From a virus (Duplodnaviria > Caudoviricetes): 39,985 bases of DNA. Under the pieces are notes generated by a model. That model saw nothing but the letters and a program-made list of their open reading frames with translations. It was not told the origin of the DNA and ran no database searches. The stretch is taken from the IMG/VR virus record IMGVR_UViG_3300037483_001823, positions 1-39,985 of that record. One strand, given 5' to 3'. The position numbers and the translations under genes were made by a program. Of the stretch, positions 1 to 7,423 are shown one piece after another (within the stretch, counting starts at the first letter, position 1; every line of letters begins with the position of its first letter).

Positions 1-288
1 ATGTCAATCACCAAAAAGGAAGGAAAATATAAAACGAAGTATCACGCTCAAGTCTGTGTAAATGGTCTTCGTCCTGGTAAGAGTTTCGATTCCCTGACGG
101 AAGCAATAAGGTGGGAAGAAGAGACTAAAGCTTTGCTCAAAGGCGAGGAGCTCAAAGAACGCACCACAACAACTTTGCTTGCTCTCCAACAGATATTTGA
201 CCGACTGTCCAAAATTGAAAGGAAAGTAGATAATATATCCAACTATATTACTCAAACCTCAGAAGGTGCCCGCCATGACAATCACTAG
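1..288 (+). CDS. Small protein paralogous to the integrase N-terminal (arm-binding-like) domain plus C-terminal coiled coil
   Basis: KYHAQVCVNGLRPGKSFDSLTEAIRWEEETK aligns with integrase KYLAQVCVDGERPSKTFDTLSEAARWEEETK; heptad-like C-terminus LQQIFDRLSKIERKVDNI. Confidence 0.75.
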   Translation: MSITKKEGKYKTKYHAQVCVNGLRPGKSFDSLTEAIRWEEETKALLKGEELKERTTTTLLALQQIFDRLSKIERKVDNISNYITQTSEGARHDNH

Positions 289-1444
289 AAAAAAAATGAA
301 ATCAGGCGTGAAATATTTGGCTCAAGTCTGTGTTGACGGAGAAAGACCAAGCAAAACATTTGACACCCTCTCTGAAGCGGCAAGGTGGGAAGAGGAAACA
401 AAAAAACGATTACGATCAGGTAAGCCTCTTGAAGGAGAAGCCGCACCCGGGGATATGCATCTAGGTGAAGCCATGGACCGGTTTATAAAATCAGCTACAG
501 GCAAAAGCGACAATACAATCAGAGATTACCGATACTCACAAACTCAGTTATTAAAATATTTCGGTGAAAAGGCCCTGCTCTCTGAAATAACCACTCCCGA
601 TGTGTCACAATATATTTCTAAGAGAATGGGGCAGGATGGAATAGGCGCGTCGAAGATCAGGGCGGAGCTCACCATGATCCGACTTACTTACGAGAAAGCC
701 GTTGAGTGGGGTGTAAGTTATGTGTCACCAGAAAAACTGATACCAAGGCCAACAGAGAGACGAAAATCAAGAGAAGATAAACTGACAAGGGTTATCGGAC
801 CGGAAGAAATGATCTCATTGCTTGGTGAAGCAATGAACCGTCCTAATAACCTATATTGGTTTTTGCTCTTCCTGCTCTACACTGGAATGCGTCCGTCGGA
901 AGCTGCGTCTCTTCATTGGGAGCGGCTGTCATCAAAAGAAGAAAACGCCCTGTATAACAGAAAAAAACACATAGGATATGTCGATCTTGAACGTGGCGGC
1001 TTTTCCAGGGTAGGAACAAAAACAGAATCGAGGTTCGTGCCGGCATGTCCAAAAGCAATCGAAATATTGAATAATCTTTCGAGGGAAAGCAGTTATGTTT
1101 TTCTGCCTGATCGAAGCAAATTGCCGGTAAACAATCAACCAAGGGATTTCGACAAACAACCGGACCGCCCATATCATTTCTTCAGAAGGTCTTTTGAAAC
1201 AGCCAGATCTAGGGCACAGATAGACGGTAAGCAAATCAGACAGGATATAGACTTCTATTCGTTTCGGCATACAGCCAGGTCCAGGATGGCAACTTGCGGA
1301 ATTCAGGATTCAGCAGCTGAGGCTATAATAGGGCATGCGGATAAAGAAATGCAGGCCACTTATACCCATTGGGATGATAGTGGCCTGATCGATGAGATAA
1401 ATAAGCTAAGTTATCCTTGGTTGGATGATATCACAGCCGGGTAA
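275..1444 (+). CDS. int: Tyrosine recombinase / phage integrase
   Basis: Catalytic motifs TGMRPSE (R), FRHTAR (HxxR), IIGH and TY; ATG at 275 preceded by GAAGG (ORF track starts at 266). Confidence 0.92.
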   Translation: MTITRKKMKSGVKYLAQVCVDGERPSKTFDTLSEAARWEEETKKRLRSGKPLEGEAAPGDMHLGEAMDRFIKSATGKSDNTIRDYRYSQTQLLKYFGEKALLSEITTPDVSQYISKRMGQDGIGASKIRAELTMIRLTYEKAVEWGVSYVSPEKLIPRPTERRKSREDKLTRVIGPEEMISLLGEAMNRPNNLYWFLLFLLYTGMRPSEAASLHWERLSSKEENALYNRKKHIGYVDLERGGFSRVGTKTESRFVPACPKAIEILNNLSRESSYVFLPDRSKLPVNNQPRDFDKQPDRPYHFFRRSFETARSRAQIDGKQIRQDIDFYSFRHTARSRMATCGIQDSAAEAIIGHADKEMQATYTHWDDSGLIDEINKLSYPWLDDITAG

Positions 1445-1973
1445 ACCATCCCCGAAAAACCGTATGAAGAGGATTTTCTTTATAAAAGATATACTGCTCC
1501 CCGTTGAGGCAATTAACCAAAATCTCTTCGTTCAATTCTCTGCCGCCCGGGCGTGAAGACATATACCTTCCGATAGCCGTAATGGTCTTTGGACCAAGCT
1601 TGCCATCAACAAGAAGATCCTCGCCGTAATTACCGCGGGAAACATTGTAAGCAGTCTGCAAGAAACGAACAGCCGTAGTCACACCGATATTAACCGCCGT
1701 GTCAAATACCTCGCAGGCTACCTCCAGGGATATTTCTGCCAGCGCATCACCTTGAACACGATTCCAGAAATTCAATCGATAGAAGTTTTCGACCATCTCA
1801 AAGGGTGGATTCTTGAATTCATCGACATAAGCCCACCCTTCCCAATCCGGCCAATAGACTCGAGATATACCTGAATATGTTTTGCCACCTGGATCGATCT
1901 TGTTATCAGAAAGAATTCCGGCGCCCTCATGCTTCATTGTCCGGTCAAATGCTGTCTTGAAATGGTTTGTCAT
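1431..1973 (-). CDS. Endolysin, glycoside hydrolase family 108 with C-terminal peptidoglycan-binding domain
   Basis: HEG...DPGGKTYSGIS, FDTAVNIG, VDGKLGPKT and terminal FRGWFTR motifs typical of GH108/PG_binding_3 lysozymes. Confidence 0.88.
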   Translation of the reverse strand: MTNHFKTAFDRTMKHEGAGILSDNKIDPGGKTYSGISRVYWPDWEGWAYVDEFKNPPFEMVENFYRLNFWNRVQGDALAEISLEVACEVFDTAVNIGVTTAVRFLQTAYNVSRGNYGEDLLVDGKLGPKTITAIGRYMSSRPGGRELNEEILVNCLNGEQYIFYKENPLHTVFRGWFTRL

Positions 1974-2245
1974 TTTTTGATCTCCAAGAGGATGTTTATA
2001 ATATTGTTCAGCTGGACTTTGATTTCATCGAATTCCCTGCGCCCTGATGCAAAGTCTTTTCCTACCTCTTCTCTGAAATCTTTCCTTATCTGGATACACT
2101 CTGTTTCAGTCTGGAAGTTGCTGTTTTTTAACTCTTTGATAGCGTCTGAGTTGGATTTTATCTTGATCTGTACCCAGGTTATTATGCCGCCGGTTTGCAC
2201 AAGAAGCGCCCCTATGGTAATTGCCTCCTTTACTGATATTTCCAT
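1970..2245 (-). CDS. Lysis-module membrane protein (N-terminal TM + coiled coil; holin/antiholin-like)
   Basis: Hydrophobic AITIGALLVQTGGIITWV followed by coiled coil; 4-nt overlap with the endolysin start. Confidence 0.55.
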   Translation of the reverse strand: MEISVKEAITIGALLVQTGGIITWVQIKIKSNSDAIKELKNSNFQTETECIQIRKDFREEVGKDFASGRREFDEIKVQLNNIINILLEIKK

Positions 2246-2248
2246 TGA

Positions 2249-2779
2249 TCATTTAACTCCAACCGTTTTCATGGCCGATACTGTATCAAGGCCTTTGCCG
2301 ATTTGCCGAAGTCCAGCATAAGCCCAAGGCAGAGCAAGGAGCAATCCCAATATATAGAAATCTGGACTATTACAGTGAAACACGTAAGCTATAGCCGCTC
2401 CGAGACTTACCCAGCTTTGACCCGGGCGCGTCCACTTAACAACTTTGTCCTCAGCTTTATCTCCGGCCCGAATAGTCTCTTGAGTTTCATGATGTTCTTT
2501 TTGCTGATCCTCGAGCTGCAGCCTGGTCATTTCCTGAATATGAGCCCTGATGGAATCCTCATTGCTGTAGTAAAGCTCCTTCAGTTTGACCATAGCTTCA
2601 GGATTTCCCTGTAATAGAGCAAGCGCTTTTTCAGGATCGTCTGTGCCCGTTGCAGAAGAAACCATTGAAACCCCTGCCGCTATTGCTCCCGGCACGTTTC
2701 CTGTTAATAGCGAACCAACCAAGGCCACACCTGAACCGGCATTATCTTTTAACCACCCACCTACTTTTGACCACGACAT
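2249..2779 (-). CDS. Putative 3TM-type holin
   Basis: Gly/Ala-rich N-terminus, coiled middle, W-x-RP motif followed by two TM segments; GGAGG SD; next to the endolysin. Confidence 0.65.
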   Translation of the reverse strand: MSWSKVGGWLKDNAGSGVALVGSLLTGNVPGAIAAGVSMVSSATGTDDPEKALALLQGNPEAMVKLKELYYSNEDSIRAHIQEMTRLQLEDQQKEHHETQETIRAGDKAEDKVVKWTRPGQSWVSLGAAIAYVFHCNSPDFYILGLLLALPWAYAGLRQIGKGLDTVSAMKTVGVK

Positions 2780-2806
2780 GTTAACCTCCAGGTTAAGACC
2801 TTACGT

Positions 2807-2884
2807 TCATTCGTTTTTGGCGCCGCAATGTGGACAGCGGCAATCGTCTTCTGATATTTCTCTTCCGCAATTTGGACAATTCAT
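2807..2884 (-). CDS. 25-aa zinc-ribbon microprotein (not in ORF track)
   Basis: Manual translation MNCPNCGREISEDDCRCPHCGAKNE*; two CPxCG knuckles; ATG 6 nt after the stop of 2891..3475; fills the intergenic gap. Confidence 0.6.
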   Translation of the reverse strand: MNCPNCGREISEDDCRCPHCGAKNE

Positions 2885-2890
2885 ATTTTT

Positions 2891-3475
2891 TTACCAATCA
2901 ATCGTCGGAAGTTCCGATATAAGTTCTTCTTCAGTGGGTATATCTCGCAATCCACCAAGCACGTCAACCATGACCTGTTTAGCATATAACCAAACAGCAT
3001 CACGGAATATTACACCTGCCTCACCTTCAGCTCTAAACACAGGATCCAGACTGTTTGCGTATGAACAAAGGGAAACTATGTTATCATACTCTCTTGTTAA
3101 GGCTGTATCGTCTAGGTGCTTTTGGAGAGCTTGTTTCATTCTTGCAATGGTCGCTTCTTGCTCTTTTGCCTGGATCATTGCTTCGTACTCTTCAGCCCAT
3201 CCATCAACCTGCACATACATTTCATCAATCAAGTGAAATCGATCAGGCTGTGAAGCGTACCAATCAAGCTGTCTGGATGTATAACCGCTATGGCCTACGG
3301 CTAATTCAACCTCAGTGACGGTAAAGCCAATTCTAAAAATTTTTGCATTGGGATCTTCAACCAATTCGTTGTCTCGAACTATCCACCTACCATCCAGCAG
3401 ATTGAGCCAATGTCGTTGCCAATCATCCTGGTTGTTGTCTCTGATATATTCGTAATCGTGTTTTGTGTTTAGCAT
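2891..3475 (-). CDS. Phage protein, probable tail-fibre assembly/accessory protein
   Basis: C-terminal LDDTALTREYDNIVSLCSYANS...FRDAVW...LPTIDW resembles fibre-associated phage proteins; lies downstream of the fibre/DGR cassette. Confidence 0.5.
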   Translation of the reverse strand: MLNTKHDYEYIRDNNQDDWQRHWLNLLDGRWIVRDNELVEDPNAKIFRIGFTVTEVELAVGHSGYTSRQLDWYASQPDRFHLIDEMYVQVDGWAEEYEAMIQAKEQEATIARMKQALQKHLDDTALTREYDNIVSLCSYANSLDPVFRAEGEAGVIFRDAVWLYAKQVMVDVLGGLRDIPTEEELISELPTIDW

Positions 3476-3484
3476 ATAGAATCC

Positions 3485-3778
3485 TTATGAAAGGGTATAA
3501 TATCGGTCAATTTTTCTTATCGTCGCAATAAAGGGTATTTGCTCGCCGTACCGGTCAAGCTGATCTATCAGCACATCAGAGCCGGTGAAAACCAAGCGGC
3601 GGTCACCATCCATTTCAACCTGTAAGGAGAGACATTTACCCGAAGCGTTTTTATCATATTTACTTTTACGAATGTTGTAACCGATGACATTGACTTCCGT
3701 GTTAAGGATGTCATCAATTTTTATCTTTTCGCCGTCTAGTGGTTTTGCGTCTGTATTAAAATCGGCGAACCTTTTCAC
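3485..3778 (-). CDS. Small beta-rich protein coupled to the RT (candidate DGR accessory factor; not Avd-like)
   Basis: GTG start overlaps the RT TGA (GTGA at 3778-3775); alternating hydrophobic beta pattern; FTGSDVLIDQL motif. Confidence 0.7.
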   Translation of the reverse strand: MKRFADFNTDAKPLDGEKIKIDDILNTEVNVIGYNIRKSKYDKNASGKCLSLQVEMDGDRRLVFTGSDVLIDQLDRYGEQIPFIATIRKIDRYYTLS

Positions 3779-4785
3779 TTCAGCTTTCCCTCCAATCGAT
3801 CAAGGCAGGTTGCAACCTGCAAATTATGAGTGTTTGCCCACTTTAACCAGCCTCTTGTCGAGGCAAGGGATGAGCGATATTGTTCCGGCGTGACCTTCCC
3901 CAGGGCGAGCAGCTTCGGCAGTAACTTTAATCGTCGTTTAACCCTTTGGGCTGTGCTCTTCCTGAGCAGGATATAACCTTTAGGGAAGTGCCGATATCCG
4001 AGGAAATCAACCCCGTGTTTAGTGGGAAAAACTTCTGCAAAGCTGTAGGTAAGTTTCAACCTTTCCGCGAGAAATTCACGTATGGTTTCTTTAAGTTCCT
4101 GCAGCTGGCGCTTGTCGTTACTGAACAGGCAAAAATCATCACAATACCTGAGGTAAGCAGGGATTTTATAAACGTGCTTGACTGTCCGGTCCAGCTCATG
4201 AAGGTAAAGATTACCAAACCATTGCGAAGTATAGTTGCCGATCGGCACGTTCTTTTCGCCGGGGAATGAATAAATGATATCGTCTATTAACCACAAGGTA
4301 TCCTTGCATTTTATTTTTTGCCGGACGATATCCGCTAGAATAGCCTGATCTATGCTCGGGTAAAACTTGGAAATATCAGCCTGAAGGCAGTACTTATATT
4401 GACGGACAAATTCCATTGTCCGCCTGCTTGCCGTGTGCTGTCCTTTGCCTGTTCTGCAAGCATAGGAGTCGCTAATCATCAGCCTATCCCAAATCGGCTC
4501 AACCACTCGCATGAGTGCGTGTTGGACTATCCGGTCGGGCTTGAAAGGCAAGACATAGATAGTTCTCGTTTTTGGGACATGAATCAACTTTTCTTGATAT
4601 TTTGAAGTGGTAAACGTTTTGTCCATCAATGACTGCCTGACCCGCTTCAGATTCCCTTCAATATCGCGGTCAAAATCTATCACATTGCTCATGGCTGACT
4701 TACCCTTCCTGGCCCTGGCATGGGCTTCACTGAGGTTGCCACTGTCAACAATGCTCGAAAATAAATTACCGTGTCTTTGCGCCAT
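3775..4785 (-). CDS. DGR reverse transcriptase
   Basis: RT motifs PKTRTI, DRIVQHA, SYACRTGKG, ADISKFYPSI, PIGNYTSQWFGN (DGR-type SQ), YLRYCDDF and GVDFLGY; 336 aa with no maturase or endonuclease domain; adjacent TR/VR pair. Confidence 0.95.
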   Translation of the reverse strand: MAQRHGNLFSSIVDSGNLSEAHARARKGKSAMSNVIDFDRDIEGNLKRVRQSLMDKTFTTSKYQEKLIHVPKTRTIYVLPFKPDRIVQHALMRVVEPIWDRLMISDSYACRTGKGQHTASRRTMEFVRQYKYCLQADISKFYPSIDQAILADIVRQKIKCKDTLWLIDDIIYSFPGEKNVPIGNYTSQWFGNLYLHELDRTVKHVYKIPAYLRYCDDFCLFSNDKRQLQELKETIREFLAERLKLTYSFAEVFPTKHGVDFLGYRHFPKGYILLRKSTAQRVKRRLKLLPKLLALGKVTPEQYRSSLASTRGWLKWANTHNLQVATCLDRLEGKLK

Positions 4786-4919
4786 AATTAAAATTTACAG
4801 GTGGATTTCGGCCATCCCTACTAACCGCCTGTAATCTCCGTCGTGTATTTTGCCTTTTGGTTGCCCTAATAAACATGGACAAATGCTCAGCCAGGGAGTT
4901 TGACTCTTGTTCCTGTATC
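4786..4919 (-). ncRNA. DGR RNA 3' spacer (structured region between TR and RT)
   Basis: Stem 4795-4804/4825-4834 (9 of 10 pairs); 4877-4887 is complementary to 5041-5051 on the other side of TR. Confidence 0.6.
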
Positions 4920-5034
4920 CGGGTGCAGCTGCGAGAACCGATATTCGAATTCGTATTCCAGCGATAGTTATTCGCATTACGTGACCGAGACCTGCAATTC
5001 GATCCATTCGTCCAATTACCACCCGCGAGCAGCT
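4920..5034 (-). repeat. DGR template repeat (TR)
   Basis: 115-bp ungapped match to 5091-5205; all 16 mismatches are at TR adenines (coding strand); reads LLAGGNWTNGSNCRSRSRNANNYRWNTNSNIGSRSCT with 8 AAT + 1 AAC codons. Confidence 0.96.
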
Positions 5035-5074
5035 GCCTATAGCATTTGCCCCTTCAAAAAAAAATCGCAGCGAA

Positions 5075-6598
5075 TTACGCTCCCTGGCGTCGGGCGCAGC
5101 CGCGAGAACCGAGACCCGAATTCGCATACCAGCGAGAGTTATACGCATTACGAGACCGAGACCCGCAATACGATCCAGACGCCCAACTACCACCCGCGAG
5201 CAGCTTAACGTCCCCCAAAGTGCCTTGCATATACAGACTACCTTTTGCTCCAGGGAGATCGTACCAAGCAAAAGCACCTGTGCTGTATTGGTAGGATTGA
5301 TCCTGTAGCCATTGCCACAAAGCACCGCAACAATCCTCACAGCCAATTGCTGAAATCATCCTGCGCCCTGCCGTGTCTATATGTCCACCTGTGGTTACAG
5401 GATCGGCGGAGCCGGTAATATTGGTTTCCTCATTTGAGCCTGCCGCGATGTCCTGAAATTCAGGGTCCGTCAACAGCCGTTTACTTACGGCCCTCAAATC
5501 ATCAACGAAATCCATCCAGTCGCGTGTATCTGTGATAGTTCCGCCGTATACACTTGCCGTGTTTGTTCCGGTGCCTGATTGCAGATAGATATCAACCCAC
5601 AAGCCAGAACCGGAACTATAGACCATCCCGGACGGTGAACAGACCGGACGATGTGATAGATCCCAAATTGATGCTGGCAAAATATCGCCTGCCAGAAAGC
5701 CCGTGAGGGGATGGCCTGAAATTGTGCCTACATCTGCACAGAGACAATGAAAGCCGCCGACTTTGCGACTATTATCAGATGTATATCCTGCAGGAACCGT
5801 TGAATTAGCCGAGATCAACAAACCGTCATCGATAGCGTAAATGTAGAAATCATTCCCGGCCCTGCTTGCTGCAACTGTATAATCAGTTGGGGTGATGCTG
5901 TCCCAGTTGGCCGAGAGCGAGAGGTCAATTGTTAATTGAGAGATTGTTAACAATACAGAGTTGACCACGAGTCCTAAATCTGTGGGGGTGAGGATACTGC
6001 GCCGTCCGGCATCTGTTCCAGCCGCGACTATGGCAAAGAGGTCTGTCCGCTGGTAGAACGTTGGATAGAGAGATAAAAATTGTTGGTAAGCAAGCGACTT
6101 ATCAGGCATCACCGTCAATACTCTACCGACATCGGCAAGAGTTGGAGGCGCAAAATAGACATCCTCAGACATCGGGCGCAGGTCAGCAATCCTCAAGATA
6201 CTGGCGTTATCGGTATCAACTATAGCCAAAGGGATATAGTCGCCGGATGGCGGGGTGAGCGATGTTACCACTACGCCGGAGCCGTTGACATAAACCCAGT
6301 TCGCAACGGTCAGCACATTCCCTGCCGCATCGGTACCTGCTTCCGCCGCCGACATTGCCAGGTTGCCGGTATCGATGTTCATCTGCACCCCATCCAGTCT
6401 GCCAACGATTGCCGCATAATCGACAGACAATCCGCCACCGTCAGTTACCTCTCCGCCGGAAATAACCCGGTTGATTGACATCAGTGCTCCAACTGCCACA
6501 TCATCGATGTTTCCGTTGTCATGCCATTCGTCGTCCCAATTGGGATCTCCAGGCGCAGGAAGCCGTTTTTTTAGTCTATTGGTAAAAGTGTTTGACAT
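5075..6598 (-). CDS. Tail fibre / receptor-binding protein, Mtd-like C-type-lectin-fold DGR target
   Basis: RKVGGFH, SIWDLSHRP, GMVY, LWVDIYL and GALWQW resemble major tropism determinant proteins; C-terminal VR with GGxW...GSRG; last gene of the tail module. Confidence 0.85.
   Translation of the reverse strand: MSNTFTNRLKKRLPAPGDPNWDDEWHDNGNIDDVAVGALMSINRVISGGEVTDGGGLSVDYAAIVGRLDGVQMNIDTGNLAMSAAEAGTDAAGNVLTVANWVYVNGSGVVVTSLTPPSGDYIPLAIVDTDNASILRIADLRPMSEDVYFAPPTLADVGRVLTVMPDKSLAYQQFLSLYPTFYQRTDLFAIVAAGTDAGRRSILTPTDLGLVVNSVLLTISQLTIDLSLSANWDSITPTDYTVAASRAGNDFYIYAIDDGLLISANSTVPAGYTSDNSRKVGGFHCLCADVGTISGHPLTGFLAGDILPASIWDLSHRPVCSPSGMVYSSGSGLWVDIYLQSGTGTNTASVYGGTITDTRDWMDFVDDLRAVSKRLLTDPEFQDIAAGSNEETNITGSADPVTTGGHIDTAGRRMISAIGCEDCCGALWQWLQDQSYQYSTGAFAWYDLPGAKGSLYMQGTLGDVKLLAGGSWASGSYCGSRSRNAYNSRWYANSGLGSRGCARRQGA
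5091..5205 (-). repeat. DGR variable repeat (VR) at the 3' end of the target gene
   Basis: Encodes LLAGGSWASGSYCGSRSRNAYNSRWYANSGLGSRGCA; differs from TR only at adenine positions. Confidence 0.96.
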
Positions 6599-6608
6599 TT
6601 CTTTCCCC

Positions 6609-7163
6609 TTACGCCGAAACGGTGAGGATCCAAGTCTGTACCATGGATTCGCCCGCTTCTTTATTTTTTACCGGAAAAACCGAGCGGCAAAGCATCTGCC
6701 CTGCTGATGCACTGTTGAAGATCGCCGCTTCGGTGATAGCGCCGGTACCGTCTCCCGCAGGCCATGTGCAGACATACGTCACTTTGTTGGCATCCGCCCC
6801 CGTGCCCTGAGTTCTGGAGTCAAGGGCATTACGGTCAAGTTCTGTTTGTAGTGCCGTATCAGTGGCAACCGGTGCGGTGGTACCGGTGCCTATAGCCATG
6901 TGGGACATTTGAGCTTCCTGCCTGCCTGCCAGTTGATCGGCAATATGGTTTTTACCGGTCGTGACCACCAGGTTGGGACTCCATCCGCAATCGCGGATCT
7001 CGCCGGTAGTTTCATTGATAAATTTAAAATGCACCCGGCCAACCGGATTAATACCCTCGGAAAAACCGGAAAACGCAGCCTTAAAATTCGCCCAGCTCGA
7101 AAAGATCAGCCAAAAGGCCATGAGCTGAAACACACACCATGCAAACAGTTTTTTACCAATCAT
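6609..7163 (-). CDS. Virion tail-tip structural protein
   Basis: NLVVTTGKN...MAIGTGTTAP..TDTALQTELDR...ITEAAIFN pattern common in tail-tip/fibre attachment proteins. Confidence 0.55.
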   Translation of the reverse strand: MIGKKLFAWCVFQLMAFWLIFSSWANFKAAFSGFSEGINPVGRVHFKFINETTGEIRDCGWSPNLVVTTGKNHIADQLAGRQEAQMSHMAIGTGTTAPVATDTALQTELDRNALDSRTQGTGADANKVTYVCTWPAGDGTGAITEAAIFNSASAGQMLCRSVFPVKNKEAGESMVQTWILTVSA

Positions 7164-7423
7164 TTTCTATACCCCTTATCGGTCTTAATTGTTGGTTCCG
7201 GGGCGTAGGCCCGGAAATCCTGCCCGCACACCGGGCAAATAAAATTCATAGGCGACTGCCCGCTCTGTAGCGGCGCAAGATTGCTGACTGTTACGCCGCC
7301 ATTTATATTTTTCAAAAAATAAATATGCTGACGGCAATGCACACAGTAGACTTTCGGAGCCGCCTGCACGGATATACTGAGCACATCTTTTGACTTGATT
7401 CCGCCGAACATCTCAGCCTCCAA
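7160..7423 (-). CDS. Small zinc-finger protein
   Basis: CVHC...CPVCG; overlaps both neighbours. Confidence 0.55.
   Translation of the reverse strand: MEAEMFGGIKSKDVLSISVQAAPKVYCVHCRQHIYFLKNINGGVTVSNLAPLQSGQSPMNFICPVCGQDFRAYAPEPTIKTDKGYRK

Noticed and set aside
1431-2779. Spanin genes in the lysis cassette
   Set aside because: No lipobox-containing o-spanin or nested pair recognised; the 91-aa TM/coiled-coil protein cannot be assigned confidently.
3775-4785. Group II intron, retron or Abi-type RT
   Set aside because: No maturase/endonuclease domain, no retron VTG motif, short length, and an adjacent adenine-specific TR/VR pair.
4920-5205. CRISPR array or simple tandem duplication
   Set aside because: Only two 115-bp copies, no spacers or cas genes, and mismatches strictly confined to adenines.
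4795-5346. 183-aa minus-strand ORF (and plus-strand ORFs 4900-5208, 5046-5294) with an internal repeat
   Set aside because: Alternative-frame shadows of TR and VR, whose 171-nt offset is a multiple of 3; they overlap the target gene and are not Avd-like.
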